Source of the DNA: Acidimicrobiales bacterium
GTDB taxonomy: Bacteria; Actinomycetota; Acidimicrobiia; Acidimicrobiales; SZUA-35
NCBI GenBank assembly: GCA_048550155.1
Contig: JBLYYW010000068.1
Span: 1 to 49,549 of the forward strand
Reading direction: 5' to 3'
DNA length: 49,549 nucleotides
A model generated the notes under the pieces. That model was not told where the DNA came from. It was given only the letters and a program-made list of their open reading frames with translations, and did not search any database. The translations under genes and the position numbers were made by a program. Shown piece by piece: positions 1 through 10,184 of the stretch (its first letter is position 1; every line of letters begins with the position of its first letter).

Positions 1-1
1 C

Positions 2-178
2 GCTCCCGAAGCTGCCGCTCCGGAGGCCGCGCCCGAGGTTGCCGAGCCCGAAGCTGCACCTGTAGATGCTGCTCCCGAAGCTGCACCTGCGGCTGAATCC
101 GACGCCGCGCCCGAGGCTGCTGCCGCCGATCCAGAACCTGCCGACGCTGAGACGACCCCGTCGACCGAACACGCCTAG
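2..178 (+). CDS. rpsB: 3' end of 30S ribosomal protein S2 (Ala/Pro/Glu-rich C-terminal tail), partial at window edge
   Basis: Frame 2 is open from the window edge to TAG at 176-178. It translates to APEAAAPEAAPEVAEPEAAP...TTPSTEHA. It lies directly upstream of tsf, as in the conserved rpsB-tsf pair. It is absent from the ORF track because no start codon is in the window. The call rests on synteny, since only the low-complexity tail is visible. Confidence 0.45.
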   Translation, partial: APEAAAPEAAPEVAEPEAAPVDAAPEAAPAAESDAAPEAAAADPEPADAETTPSTEHA

Positions 179-247
179 CCGACCACGTTCGGTAACCGTT
201 CCACGCAAACCACTACAACCTGACGAAAGCTGAAAGAGAACTTCCCG

Positions 248-1024
248 ATGGCAATCACCGCCAAAGACGTACAGGAACTCCGCAAGTCCACCGGTGCCGG
301 AATGATGGACGCCAAGAAGGCGTTGACCGAAGCCGACGGTGATTTCGAAGCGGCGGTCCAGATCCTGCGAGAGAAGGGCCTGGCCAAAGCCGCAACCCGA
401 TCCGATCGAGAGAACACCGAGGGACTCGTCGTCGTCGTCGAAAACGACACCGCAGCCGCTCTTGTGCACCTGAAGTCCGAGACCGATTTCTCGGCCAAGA
501 ACGACGAGTTCGTCACCCTGGCCAACGACATCGCCGCTGCGGTTCTCGCCGACGGCGAGGCGGCGGCCGAAGCGTTCCAAGGACGGATCGACGATCTCAA
601 GCTCAACATCAAGGAGAACATCGAGCTCGGGTCCGTGGCTCAGTACACCAAATCAGCCGAGACCACCATCGATGCCTACCTCCACGGAGGCGGCCGCGCT
701 GGGGTCTTGATCGAGGCACAAGGCGTTGATCCTGAGACCCTTCACGAGATCGCCCTCCATGTCGCATTCGGCAAGCCTCGCTACCTGCGTCGCCAGGACG
801 TACCTGCCGAAGACGTCGAGAAGGAACGGGCCGCCCTGCTCGAGATCACCAAGAGCGAGGGTAAACCCGAGGCCGCATGGGACAAGATCGTCGAGGGCCG
901 TGTGAACAGCTGGTTCAGTGAGTCGGTGCTCTTGGAACAAGGCGTGTTCGGCGACAAAGAGACCGTCGCCGCCAAGATCGGCTCCGGATCCATCACCCGC
1001 TTCGCCCTGGCCATGGTGGGCTAG
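248..1024 (+). CDS. tsf: Elongation factor Ts
   Basis: 258 aa. N-terminus [49 protein letters not shown] is the classic EF-Ts UBA-like domain. Followed by pyrH-frr. Confidence 0.95.
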   Translation: MAITAKDVQELRKSTGAGMMDAKKALTEADGDFEAAVQILREKGLAKAATRSDRENTEGLVVVVENDTAAALVHLKSETDFSAKNDEFVTLANDIAAAVLADGEAAAEAFQGRIDDLKLNIKENIELGSVAQYTKSAETTIDAYLHGGGRAGVLIEAQGVDPETLHEIALHVAFGKPRYLRRQDVPAEDVEKERAALLEITKSEGKPEAAWDKIVEGRVNSWFSESVLLEQGVFGDKETVAAKIGSGSITRFALAMVG

Positions 1025-1046
1025 AAGGTACGGTAGCTTCGAGGTC

Positions 1047-1778
1047 ATGTCTGAACTGATGGTGCCTAAGTACAAGCGCGTCCTTCTGAAGTTGTCGGGC
1101 GAGGCGTTTGCAGGCGAAAGAGGTTTCGGGATTGATGGCGGAGTGGTCAGTCGGATCGCCGATGACATCGTCGAGGCCCGCAACGAACTCGGCGTCGAAA
1201 TTGCGGTGGTGGTCGGAGGCGGCAACATCTGGAGAGGCATGACCGGCGCCGAGAGCGGGCTCGATCGTGCGCAGGCCGACTACATGGGGATGCTCGCCAC
1301 AGTCATGAATGCCCTCGGTCTTCAGGACATCCTCGAACAAAAAGGTGTCCCCACCCGGGTTCAGAGCGCGATCAGCATGCCTCAAGTCGCCGAAACCTAC
1401 ATTCGGCGAAAGGCGATCCGCCACATGGAGAAGGATCGGGTAGTCATCTTCGCCGCCGGAACCGGGAACCCCTTCTTCACAACCGACACCACCGCCGCCC
1501 TTCGAGCCGTGGAAATCGAAGCAGAAGTCCTGCTCAAAGGCACTCACGGTGGTGTTGATGGCATCTATACCTCCGATCCGAAGATCGACCCCGCCGCCAC
1601 CAAGATCGATCATCTCACCTACCTCGAAGTCCTCAACCGGAATCTTCGCGTGATGGATTCCACCGCGATCGCCCACTGTCGCGAGAACGACATGCCCATC
1701 GTGGTGTTTGATCTTCTTGGATCAGGAAACCTGAGAAGCCTGCTACTCGGGAACTCTGTAGGTACTCTGGTTTCATGA
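1047..1778 (+). CDS. pyrH: UMP kinase
   Basis: The ORF track frame 918..1778 is trimmed to ATG 1047 ([21 protein letters not shown]...), just after the tsf stop. Amino-acid-kinase motifs KLSGE and VVVGGGN are present. The upstream part of the ORF overlaps tsf. Confidence 0.92.
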   Translation: MSELMVPKYKRVLLKLSGEAFAGERGFGIDGGVVSRIADDIVEARNELGVEIAVVVGGGNIWRGMTGAESGLDRAQADYMGMLATVMNALGLQDILEQKGVPTRVQSAISMPQVAETYIRRKAIRHMEKDRVVIFAAGTGNPFFTTDTTAALRAVEIEAEVLLKGTHGGVDGIYTSDPKIDPAATKIDHLTYLEVLNRNLRVMDSTAIAHCRENDMPIVVFDLLGSGNLRSLLLGNSVGTLVS

Positions 1779-2341
1779 GCGAGTTGGCAGAGCTGGTCCT
1801 AGATGATGCGAAGGACCGAATGGCCAAAGCAATCGCGCACGCTCGCCATGAATTCTCCTCGGTTCGCACCGGGCGGGCCGCCCCCCAATTGGTAGAACGC
1901 CTCACCGCCGAGGCATATGGGGTGAAGATGAGTGTTCAGGAACTCGCGTCGATCTCCATTCCAGAAGCCCGCCAGCTGCTGATCAGTCCTCACGATCCGC
2001 AGAACATCGAGGCGATTGAGAAGGCGATCAGAAACAGCGACCTGGGCCTCTCGCCCAGTAACGATGGACGGTCGCTCCGCCTCAACTTTCCGCCCCTCAC
2101 CGAGGAGCGTCGCAAGGAACTGGTGCGGCTCACCAAGAAGATGGCCGAGGACGGTCGTATTGCCATTCGCAACATCCGGCGCGAGGCCCGCAAGGATCTC
2201 GAGAGTGGCGAGAAGGACAAGCAGCTGTCATCCGACGAGCTGGACCGAGCCGAAAAATCGCTCGATCAATTGACACATGCAAGCGAAGCGGAAATCGATC
2301 AAGCGGTAGCCGATAAGGAAGCCGAGCTACTCGAGGTATAG
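1775..2341 (+). CDS. frr: Ribosome recycling factor
   Basis: 188 aa with typical RRF sequence (...[13 protein letters not shown]..., [31 protein letters not shown]). ATGA start/stop overlap with pyrH. Confidence 0.95.
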   Translation: MSELAELVLDDAKDRMAKAIAHARHEFSSVRTGRAAPQLVERLTAEAYGVKMSVQELASISIPEARQLLISPHDPQNIEAIEKAIRNSDLGLSPSNDGRSLRLNFPPLTEERRKELVRLTKKMAEDGRIAIRNIRREARKDLESGEKDKQLSSDELDRAEKSLDQLTHASEAEIDQAVADKEAELLEV

Positions 2342-2343
2342 AC

Positions 2344-3693
2344 ATGGCTGACGACGACACACCAAGCATTTACGACGTCTTCGGGGATCCACCCGAAGTT
2401 GACCCCCAGCGCTTCGGACCCGTTCCGGTCGTTCCCACCGACGAAACCGAAGGTGGCAGTGGACCACTACCCCATTGGAGCGCGCCTCCAACCGGCCAGG
2501 TCCCCAGGGTCCAGACCCAGTCCGAACCCGAGGTGTGGAACGATCTCTCCGGGCCGCGCTGGCAGGGCGAGAGCTCCGGATGGGCCGACGACGACCTCGA
2601 GGTCGTGTTCGGCGACGAGGGGTCCGCAGTTCGTCACGACGACATCTTGAACTTCGACGATCCGAGGCTCAACGCTCCGGCTCCGCCCCGTCCAGACCTG
2701 GATCTGGACGATCCCTTCGGCGAGGCCAGGCCGGCTCCGATGCCTTCGGCCGCCGTTGCTCCGCCAAACCCCGAAACCCCGGCCCCAAGCTCGGAGCCGA
2801 GGGTGCGTCGGCCACGCGGTGAGCGAGCTTCCCGTCCTCGAGAGTCCCGATCTGCGGACGCTCCGAATCAGGGAATGGGCCGTAACCTGGGTCAAGCCAT
2901 CGGTGTAGGTGTCGGACTGGCAGCCATTGCGCTGGCCGCGATCTTGATACACCCCTTGCTCGGAACGGTGCTCATCGCAGTCGTTGCCGCACTCGCGGCA
3001 GTCGAATTCTTCGACGCTGTCCGGCACGGGGACCATCACCCGGCCACGATGCTCGGCCTCGTCGGTGCCGCGCTGTTCCCGTTGGCTGCGTACTGGCGCG
3101 GTGAGCAGGCGTACGCCGTCCTGATGGCGATCACAATCGTGTTCGGTGGGCTGTGGTACATCGTTGGGGCCGACCGGGTCAACCCGTTGTCGAACCTGGC
3201 CGTCACTCTTCTCGGCGTGTTCTGGATCGGCGGAGGAGCGAGCTTCGGAGCGCTCCTGCTCAACCTCACCGATGGGCAAGAGCTTCTCATCGGAGCTATC
3301 GCGATCACTGCCATCGCCGACACCGCAGCGTTCTTCGGAGGCCGCACCTTCAAGAAGGCATTCTTCGGCGACCGGGTCTTCAATCAATGGTCTCCGAACA
3401 AGTCGTGGGAAGGAACCCTCTTCGGTCTTGTTGGCGCTGTCGTGGCTGCCCTCGTCCTCGACGCCATCTTCAGTGTCGGTACCTCCTGGTGGCACGCCGC
3501 CCTGTTCGGCCTGGTACTCGGGGCTGTCGCAGTTGTCGGCGATCTGTTCGAAAGCATGCTCAAACGGGATCTCAAGCTCAAAGACATGGGCGCTCTGCTC
3601 CCCGGTCACGGCGGAATTCTCGATCGCGTCGATGCGTTGCTGTTCGTGCTCCCGGCCGCGTACTTCCTCGCCCGAGTGCTCGACTACGCGTAG
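2344..3693 (+). CDS. cdsA: Phosphatidate cytidylyltransferase with ~180 aa Pro-rich N-terminal extension
   Basis: The C-terminal ~270 aa are polytopic membrane sequence ending in the CdsA signature (SMLKRDLKLKDMGALLPGHGGILDRVDALLF). The position after frr is conserved. Confidence 0.85.
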   Translation: MADDDTPSIYDVFGDPPEVDPQRFGPVPVVPTDETEGGSGPLPHWSAPPTGQVPRVQTQSEPEVWNDLSGPRWQGESSGWADDDLEVVFGDEGSAVRHDDILNFDDPRLNAPAPPRPDLDLDDPFGEARPAPMPSAAVAPPNPETPAPSSEPRVRRPRGERASRPRESRSADAPNQGMGRNLGQAIGVGVGLAAIALAAILIHPLLGTVLIAVVAALAAVEFFDAVRHGDHHPATMLGLVGAALFPLAAYWRGEQAYAVLMAITIVFGGLWYIVGADRVNPLSNLAVTLLGVFWIGGGASFGALLLNLTDGQELLIGAIAITAIADTAAFFGGRTFKKAFFGDRVFNQWSPNKSWEGTLFGLVGAVVAALVLDAIFSVGTSWWHAALFGLVLGAVAVVGDLFESMLKRDLKLKDMGALLPGHGGILDRVDALLFVLPAAYFLARVLDYA

Positions 3694-3753
3694 GTCTCTT
3701 CGCCTCGGTTCTTCCAGGCCGGTAGCGAAGCCTCTAGCCCATAACCTCAAGAC

Positions 3754-4932
3754 ATGACGATTGCGGTCACGCTCGCAGGGTCGACCGGGTCGATCGGTAC
3801 ACAAGCGCTCGATGTCATCGACACCGATCCTGAGAGGTATCGCGTGTATGCCCTCACGGCCGGATCATCGTGGGAAGCGGTGGTCGAACAAGCCAATCGG
3901 TACCGACCCGACGTGGTCGTGTTGGCCACCGGCCAGCACCTTCAAGCGGCGCGAGACTCCCTACCCTCCGGCGTAGAGGTTCGCTCGGGGGAGGCGGCGT
4001 TGAGGGACGTGGCGGCACGCGCCGATGTCACCATCAACGGAATCGTCGGTTTTGCTGGGCTTCCTGCCACGCTGGCCTGCCTCGAAGCCGGCAAACGGCT
4101 CGGCCTGGCGAACAAGGAGTCGCTCATCGCGGCCGGTCCGGTGGTCCAGCGCGCTCGACGTGCCGAAGGCGCCGAACTGGTTCCGGTCGATTCAGAGCAC
4201 GCTGCCATCCATCAGTGCCTTCGGTCCAACAATCGACCACGCCAAATCCAGCGCCTCCAGCTCACGGCATCGGGTGGGCCATTCCGGGGCAAGACCGCCG
4301 ACGAACTGAAGAGTGTCAACGTTTCGGAGGCTCTGGACCATCCGACCTGGGCCATGGGGCCCAAAATCACCGTCGACTCCGCCACCCTGATGAACAAGGG
4401 ACTCGAGGTCATCGAGGCGGTCGAACTGTTCGGCGATCGATCCGACCTAGGAACCGACCTCAGCTTCGATGACATCGACGTGGTTGTTCACCCACAATCA
4501 ATAGTTCACTCGATGGCTACTTTTTCCGATGGTTCAACTATCGCCCAGCTTTCCAACCCTGACATGCGAGGTCCCATCGGGTACGCCTTGGCCTACCCCG
4601 ACCGCCTGGGCGCGCCCTTCGGAGAAATCGACTGGTCACAGCCGATGTCGCTCACCTTCGAATCGCCTGATCGCGAGGCGTTTCCGTGCCTGGACCTCGC
4701 GTGCGAGGCGGGCCGTACCGGTGGAACCGCACCGGCGTGGCTCAGCGCTGCCAACGAGGTTGCGGTCGACGCGTTCCTGACCGAACGGATCGGCTTTGTC
4801 CAGATACCGGCCGTGGTCGAGTCGGTCCTGACCTGTCACGACGGTGGAATGGGTGAGACACTGGAGGGTGTTCTCGAAGGGGACCGCTCGGCACGGGCTC
4901 ACGCAACCGAAGTGATCGCTCGACGTTTCTGA
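3754..4932 (+). CDS. dxr: 1-deoxy-D-xylulose 5-phosphate reductoisomerase
   Basis: 392 aa. N-terminal GSTGSIGTQALDV NADPH-binding motif, plus LANKESLI and NKGLEVIEA motifs. Confidence 0.93.
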   Translation: MTIAVTLAGSTGSIGTQALDVIDTDPERYRVYALTAGSSWEAVVEQANRYRPDVVVLATGQHLQAARDSLPSGVEVRSGEAALRDVAARADVTINGIVGFAGLPATLACLEAGKRLGLANKESLIAAGPVVQRARRAEGAELVPVDSEHAAIHQCLRSNNRPRQIQRLQLTASGGPFRGKTADELKSVNVSEALDHPTWAMGPKITVDSATLMNKGLEVIEAVELFGDRSDLGTDLSFDDIDVVVHPQSIVHSMATFSDGSTIAQLSNPDMRGPIGYALAYPDRLGAPFGEIDWSQPMSLTFESPDREAFPCLDLACEAGRTGGTAPAWLSAANEVAVDAFLTERIGFVQIPAVVESVLTCHDGGMGETLEGVLEGDRSARAHATEVIARRF

Positions 4933-4949
4933 TACTGCAAGGACCAGTT

Positions 4950-6251
4950 TTGTACCAAGAAGAACCCAACGTCACACCGCCACCGAGCGAGCGGAGCCGC
5001 GCCGCAGCCATGGCCCTTGGTGACACCAAACCCAGCGAGGAGCCGGGAACCAATCTCTGGGCCCTCGCGCTGCTGATCGGATTCTTCGCCTGGCTGCTCT
5101 TCTTCGCCGGTCCGGTCTACTTCCTGGTGGCGGTGGGTGTCATCGTCATGATCTTCCTTCATGAGCTCGGCCACTTCATGACCGCCAAGTGGACCGGCAT
5201 GAAGCCGACCGACTTCTTTCTCGGGTTCGGCCCCACCATCTTCTCGTTCAAACGCGGAGAGGTTACGTACGGGGTGAAGGCAATACCGGCCGGCGCCTTC
5301 GTGCGGATCATCGGCATGAACAACCTCGATCCAGTGGCACCCGAGGACACCGACCGGGCCTACATGAACAAGAGTTATCCCCGCCGAATGCTGGTAATCA
5401 CGGCTGGCTCCGTGATGCACTTCCTCCAGGCCCTGGTGTTGTTCGTTCTGCTGAGCAGCGTGATCGGCATCGGTTTCCTCCATCCGGATTACGACAGCAG
5501 CGGTTGGGTTGTCGATGAGCTCGCACAGGGAGAAGATGGAGCTCAGACCACCGGTCAGGAACTGGGGTTGATCCCTGGAGATCAGATCGTTTCCATCGAT
5601 GGTGAAGAGACTGACCAGTGGTTCGGTCTCCTCGATGCGGTCCGTTCCCGCCCCGATGAGACAGTCGAGTTCGTGATCGTCCGCGATGGTGAAACCTTCG
5701 AGAAGACGGCCACCATCGGGAGCGTGAACGACGGTGGATCCAGCATCGGCAGGATCGGGGTTGGCGCGGACTTCTCAGCGGTCCCAGAGCGGCAGCGCCC
5801 CGGCTTCGTGGCTGGGGTCAACGAATTCGGCGAGTCGATGTGGCTGACCGCCACCGCGATTCCCCGTTTCCTTGCCCCGAGCACCCTGATCGGGTTGGTG
5901 GAAAGCGCTGTCAATGTCGACGGCGGCGCCGAACAGGACGCAGAGCGACCGGTGTCGGTGGTCGGAGCGGTCGGTGTGGCTGGACGCACAGCGGGAACCG
6001 ACTGGACGTTCCCGATCTACCTCTTGGCACTGATCAATTGCTTCGTCGGGGTGTTCAACCTCTTGCCGCTGTTGCCCCTCGATGGTGGCCACGCCGCCAT
6101 CGCGACCTATGAACGTTTGCGATCGATCGGCGGGGAGCGCTATCAGGTGGATGTCGCCAAGCTGCTGCCACTCACCTACGGGGTTGTAGCGATACTCGCT
6201 GTACTGGGCGTCACGACCATATTCCTCGACGTCGTGCTGCTTGCTGGCTGA
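4950..6251 (+). CDS. rseP: M50 site-2 zinc metalloprotease (RseP/Rip1-like) with PDZ domain
   Basis: 433 aa. HELGH zinc motif (FLHELGHFMTAKW), a central PDZ-like segment, and a C-terminal NLLPLLPLDGGH motif. Start is uncertain (TTG 4950, or the internal Met at MALGD). Confidence 0.85.
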   Translation: MYQEEPNVTPPPSERSRAAAMALGDTKPSEEPGTNLWALALLIGFFAWLLFFAGPVYFLVAVGVIVMIFLHELGHFMTAKWTGMKPTDFFLGFGPTIFSFKRGEVTYGVKAIPAGAFVRIIGMNNLDPVAPEDTDRAYMNKSYPRRMLVITAGSVMHFLQALVLFVLLSSVIGIGFLHPDYDSSGWVVDELAQGEDGAQTTGQELGLIPGDQIVSIDGEETDQWFGLLDAVRSRPDETVEFVIVRDGETFEKTATIGSVNDGGSSIGRIGVGADFSAVPERQRPGFVAGVNEFGESMWLTATAIPRFLAPSTLIGLVESAVNVDGGAEQDAERPVSVVGAVGVAGRTAGTDWTFPIYLLALINCFVGVFNLLPLLPLDGGHAAIATYERLRSIGGERYQVDVAKLLPLTYGVVAILAVLGVTTIFLDVVLLAG

Positions 6252-6317
6252 ACCTTCCCTGCAACCAGCTCGCCGAGCTCTCCGGTCGCGTCGGGCGCTG
6301 TTGTCTGATAGCCGCGT

Positions 6318-7574
6318 TCAGCGGCTACGGCGGATCAGCTCTACCTTCTGCTCGGCGTGATTGGCGTCCTCGCCGAGCTCGTTGAGATTCCGGTTGCGGT
6401 CCTCTTCCGCAGCCCTGCGAGCAGCCGGAGCGCTTTCCTCGGCTCTTTTCATGGCCGCGTCGATTCCGTGTTCGTTGATGTACTCGGCCCACTCGACCAA
6501 CGTGGACACCATCTCATCTTCGGGAACGACCGCAACGTTGGTTCCCTTGACGAAGAGGTGGCCGCGCTTGTTGCCAGCAGCGATCCCGATGTCGGCATCT
6601 CGCGCCTCTCCCGGTCCGTTCACCACGCACCCCATCACCGCCACCTGAAGCGGTAGCTGTTTGTCGGAAAAGGCGTCCTGGGCGTCCTGGGCGATCTTGA
6701 AGACATCGATCTCGGCCCGGCCACAGCTCGGACAGGCGATCAAGTCGACGTTCTTGCGTTCTCGCAAACCGAACGACTCGAGCAACTGACGGCCGAGCTT
6801 GGCCTCGTCGACCGGATCCGACGTGAGCGAGTACCGGATCGTGTCGCCGATCCCTTCAGCCAGCAGGGTGGCGATGCCGGCCGTGGCCTTGACTATGCCA
6901 CCGGGAGGCGGACCGGCCTCGGTGACTCCGAGATGGAGCGGGTGATCGGTGACTTCACTGAGCTGCCGGTAGGCCTCAATCATCAGTGGAACATTCGATG
7001 CCTTCACGCTGATCTTGATCAGATCGAAGTCGACCTCCTCGAAGTACGCAATCTCCTGGAGTGCGGACTCGACCATCGCTTCAGGGGTCACGCGCCCCCC
7101 GTACTTCTTGTACAAGTCGGGGTGCAGGCTCCCACCGTTCACTCCGATGCGGATCGGCACGTTGCGGTCCTTGGCTTCTTGGGCGACCGCCTTGATGTGT
7201 TCGGGCTTTCGGATGTTCCCGGGGTTCAGGCGCAGGCAGTGCACCCCCGCTTCGAGGGCTTCCAGCGCCCGCCGGTATTGATGATGGATATCAGCGACGA
7301 TGGGGACGGGCGAGCGAGGCACGATTCGAGCGAGGCCCTCTGCCGCCGCGGGCTCGTTGCACGTGCAGCGCACGATGTCGGCGCCGGCGGCTGCCAGGGC
7401 GTAGATCTGTTGGAGGGTGGCCTCGTGGTCGGCGGTTTTGGTGATGGTCATGGACTGAACCGTGATCGGCGAGTCCCCGCCGACAGGCACGTTACCCACC
7501 ATGATCCGTCGAGTCTTCTTGCGAGGGAACGATACGGCGCCGGCGTCCATGGGTTTCAGTGTGCCATTGTTCAA
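6318..7574 (-). CDS. ispG: 4-hydroxy-3-methylbut-2-en-1-yl diphosphate synthase
   Basis: 418 aa with GcpE motifs (VPVGGDSPITVQSMT, LRLNPGNI, ACPSCGR, VMGCVVNGPGE). On the opposite strand to dxr/rseP. Confidence 0.93.
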   Translation of the reverse strand: MNNGTLKPMDAGAVSFPRKKTRRIMVGNVPVGGDSPITVQSMTITKTADHEATLQQIYALAAAGADIVRCTCNEPAAAEGLARIVPRSPVPIVADIHHQYRRALEALEAGVHCLRLNPGNIRKPEHIKAVAQEAKDRNVPIRIGVNGGSLHPDLYKKYGGRVTPEAMVESALQEIAYFEEVDFDLIKISVKASNVPLMIEAYRQLSEVTDHPLHLGVTEAGPPPGGIVKATAGIATLLAEGIGDTIRYSLTSDPVDEAKLGRQLLESFGLRERKNVDLIACPSCGRAEIDVFKIAQDAQDAFSDKQLPLQVAVMGCVVNGPGEARDADIGIAAGNKRGHLFVKGTNVAVVPEDEMVSTLVEWAEYINEHGIDAAMKRAEESAPAARRAAEEDRNRNLNELGEDANHAEQKVELIRRSR

Positions 7575-7623
7575 CCCGCGCGGGCCGCTCCGGGTTCGGT
7601 GTCAGCCGACACCGCCGGGCCGC

Positions 7624-7953
7624 TCAGCTTCGGCTTGGGTTTTCCGGATCGTGGGCGGTGGCTGAGTCCGTACCTTCGGCCGCTTCCTGAACGGTTTCTT
7701 CACCTGTCTGGGCCAGCTCCTCCACAGCATCGGCGTGTGCTTGCTGACCTTCGATCTTGCCTCGCAGTTCGGCGAACGGATCATCGGTGATTTCGCTCTG
7801 GATCTGTTCCAGCTTCTGTTCGGGCGTGGCGTGGAGTTCGGCTTCACGGCGATCCATCTCGGACTCCATCCGGGATTTGGCGGCCGTCGCCGATTCCTTC
7901 ACCTCAGCGGCCTCGGAGGAGAACCATTTCTTGATCGAATCGAAAAAGCCCAC
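7624..7953 (-). CDS. Small acidic, probably coiled-coil hypothetical protein
   Basis: 109 aa ORF (MGFFDSIKKWFSSEAAEVKES...) directly upstream of and co-oriented with ispG. Its composition is unlike the Arg/Pro-rich artefact ORFs. I recognise no family. Confidence 0.5.
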   Translation of the reverse strand: MGFFDSIKKWFSSEAAEVKESATAAKSRMESEMDRREAELHATPEQKLEQIQSEITDDPFAELRGKIEGQQAHADAVEELAQTGEETVQEAAEGTDSATAHDPENPSRS

Positions 7954-8008
7954 ACACGGACCTTAGTCCATCCATTCTGGACGATATGATGCTCCCAGAC
8001 GTCTTCAG

Positions 8009-8040
8009 GCGTGGGCTTCGGCCCACGCTTGTGTTGTTTC
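8009..8040 (+). terminator. Intrinsic-terminator-like hairpin in the rimP-nusA-infB leader (candidate attenuator)
   Basis: GCGTGGGC-TTCG-GCCCACGC gives a perfect 8 bp stem (8009-8016 / 8021-8028) with a UUCG loop. It is followed by the T-rich TTGTGTTGTTTC. It lies ~60 nt upstream of the rimP ATG and downstream of a TATGAT -10-like hexamer (7985-7990). Confidence 0.4.
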
Positions 8041-8100
8041 TCGGCCCAGATTTTGGTGCCCGGAAACCCGTGCAACCAGCACACGAGAAAGGAGGGCGGC

Positions 8101-8655
8101 ATGGCAACTTCATCCATTGAGGACCGGATCACCTCACTGCTCGCCGTTCCGATCTCCAAGCTTGGTGTCGAGCTGGTCGATGTCGAATTCGCCGGCGGAA
8201 CCCTCAGGGTTCTTGTGGATACCGAACACGAACCGCTCAGCGGAGGGGTCGATACTGCGACCTTGGCGACCGTGAACCGTGCGATCGGGCCCATTCTCGA
8301 CGAGGACGACCCCATCCCCGGTCGCTACACCCTCGAAGTCTCGAGTCCTGGGGTCGAACGACGGCTGGCGCGGCCAGAACACTACCAACGGGCAATCGGC
8401 GAAAACGTTGTCGTGAAGCTGGTTTCGGGGACCCAGGAATACCGCCGTGTTCGCGGCGCTCTCACCGGCGCCGACCAAGAATCGTTCACTGTGGCGGTGA
8501 ACGAACGCGACGGTGTCGACCTGCCTGAGTCCGAGGAAGAGTCGATCGCCTACGACGACGTCGAGCGCACCAAGACCATCTTCAACTGGGGACCCACCCC
8601 GAAACCCCATTCCACGCCCCGCAAGAAAAAGTCCAAGAACTCCAAGAAGAAATAG
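8101..8655 (+). CDS. rimP: Ribosome maturation factor RimP
   Basis: The ORF 8011..8655 is trimmed to ATG 8101, which is preceded by AAAGGAGGG. MATSSIEDRITSLL...VDVEF...LRVLVD...YTLEVSSPGVERRL is RimP-like. Lys-rich C-terminal tail. Immediately upstream of nusA. Confidence 0.85.
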   Translation: MATSSIEDRITSLLAVPISKLGVELVDVEFAGGTLRVLVDTEHEPLSGGVDTATLATVNRAIGPILDEDDPIPGRYTLEVSSPGVERRLARPEHYQRAIGENVVVKLVSGTQEYRRVRGALTGADQESFTVAVNERDGVDLPESEEESIAYDDVERTKTIFNWGPTPKPHSTPRKKKSKNSKKK

Positions 8656-8664
8656 GAACCAGAC

Positions 8665-10152
8665 ATGGCGAACGAAATGACAGAAGCCCTCGCAGCACTT
8701 GCCGAGGACCGAGGCATCTCCATCGACAAACTCTTCGGGATTCTGGCAAACGCCCTCGAGTCGGCGTACAAGAAGGACCCCGACCACTGGGAGTACAGCT
8801 GGGTCACGATCGACCCCGGCTCATTCGAGATCACCGTCTTCGCCCAGGAACTCGATGAGGAGGGCGAACCATTCGGCGAAGAGTTCGATGTGACCCCGGA
8901 GAACTTCGGCCGAATCGCGGCTCAGACCACCAAGCAGATCCTGCTTCAGGGCATCCGGGAAGAAGAGCGGGAGATGAAGTACGAGGAGTACGCCGGGCGT
9001 GAAGGCGACATCGTCACCGGCATCGTGCAACAGACCGATGCCCGTTACACACTCTTGGACCTCGGCCGTGTCGATGCCCTGCTGCCTCAGTCAGAACAGG
9101 TCTCCAGTGGGCCCCGGCCCAAAGCCGGTGATCGCCACAAGGCCTACATCGTTGAGGTTCGCAAAACCGACCGTGGTCCGCAGATCGTCGTCTCTCGGAC
9201 CCACCCCGGCCTGGTGAAACGGTTGTTCGAGCTCGAGGTCCCCGAAATCGCGGACGGCATCGTGGAACTGAAGGGTTGTGCCCGCGAGCCGGGTCACCGA
9301 ACCAAGATCTCAGTCGCTTCCAACGACCAGAACGTCGATCCGGTGGGCGCGTGCGTCGGCGCCCGTGGATCCCGGGTTCGCATGGTCGTCAACGAGCTCA
9401 ACGGCGAAAAGGTCGACATCATTCCGTTCTCCGACGACCAGTACGAGTACGTCGCCCGAGCGCTGTCGCCGGCCAAGGTCAAAGAGGTGCGGCTCCACGA
9501 AGACACCGGGACCGCCGAAGTGATCGTTCCAGATTTTCAGCTCTCGCTGGCGATCGGCAAAGAAGGGCAGAATGCACGCCTGGCCCACCGGCTCACCGGG
9601 TGGCGCATCGACATCAAGAGCGAAACCCAGCTCGAAGAAGAGCTGAACGCACCGCCTGATGACTACGAAGGCGAAGACTGGGCCCAGGGTGAGTGGATCG
9701 TCGACGAAGAAACCGGCGAACAGAAATGGCAACCGGCCGATGGCAGCCCAGCGATGACCCTGGACGAGTACAACGCGCTTGCCTCCGGGGAAGCTGAGCC
9801 TGTGGACGACGAAACCCAGGATCCTGCCTTGCTCGAGGGCGCCGCCGATGCGCCGGTCGACGCAGTCGCCGACGAGTTCGTCGAGGCAACCAGCGAGGGC
9901 GACACCGGGGGAGAGGGCGACACCGGGGGAGAGGGCGACGCCGTGCTGGCCGACCCTGACGCAGAATCGGATGAACCCCAACAGGATGACACCGACGAGA
10001 CCGACCAACCCGTTGACGACGGGGTCGAGCGGGCCGTCGAGGACCCCGCCGACGGGGCCGTTGAAATTTCGGCGGAGGAGATCTCCGACGAGACCGTCGA
10101 TGACGTCGACACCCAAGACGAATCCGCCCCAAACGACGACGAAGAGGAATAG
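8665..10152 (+). CDS. nusA: Transcription termination/antitermination factor NusA with long acidic C-terminal tail
   Basis: 495 aa. The N-terminal domain, S1 and KH regions are recognisable ([47 protein letters not shown]). The last ~170 aa are Asp/Glu-rich. Confidence 0.93.
   Translation: MANEMTEALAALAEDRGISIDKLFGILANALESAYKKDPDHWEYSWVTIDPGSFEITVFAQELDEEGEPFGEEFDVTPENFGRIAAQTTKQILLQGIREEEREMKYEEYAGREGDIVTGIVQQTDARYTLLDLGRVDALLPQSEQVSSGPRPKAGDRHKAYIVEVRKTDRGPQIVVSRTHPGLVKRLFELEVPEIADGIVELKGCAREPGHRTKISVASNDQNVDPVGACVGARGSRVRMVVNELNGEKVDIIPFSDDQYEYVARALSPAKVKEVRLHEDTGTAEVIVPDFQLSLAIGKEGQNARLAHRLTGWRIDIKSETQLEEELNAPPDDYEGEDWAQGEWIVDEETGEQKWQPADGSPAMTLDEYNALASGEAEPVDDETQDPALLEGAADAPVDAVADEFVEATSEGDTGGEGDTGGEGDAVLADPDAESDEPQQDDTDETDQPVDDGVERAVEDPADGAVEISAEEISDETVDDVDTQDESAPNDDEEE
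9895..9939 (+). repeat. 18-bp tandem repeat (2.5 copies) inside the nusA acidic tail
   Basis: GAGGGCGACACCGGGGGA occurs twice, followed by GAGGGCGAC. This encodes [15 protein letters not shown]. Confidence 0.8.
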
Positions 10153-10184
10153 AGCCCCTCAACCCGCGTTCTTTCGGAGGTTCG

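Noticed and set aside
918-1046. Upstream extensions of track ORFs: pyrH 918, rimP 8011, DUF503 13216, rbfA 13458, dapB to 23390, rnj 26811, HAD-VOC 45653, gnd 46908, thioesterase to 17247
   Set aside because: The extensions overlap the preceding gene or have artefact-like composition. In each case an internal start gives the canonical family N-terminus, often with a Shine-Dalgarno sequence or a start/stop overlap.
2467-3804. 445-aa ORF antisense to cdsA. Similar long antisense or alternative-frame ORFs occur at 12335-13486, 14535-15524, 19738-20787, 27249-28685, 29715-31049, 36931-38223 and 41892-43445.
   Set aside because: All lie opposite or out of frame to genes with clear family signatures. 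Their translations are Arg/Pro/Gly/His-rich with no recognisable motifs. This is the typical open-frame artefact of GC-rich DNA.
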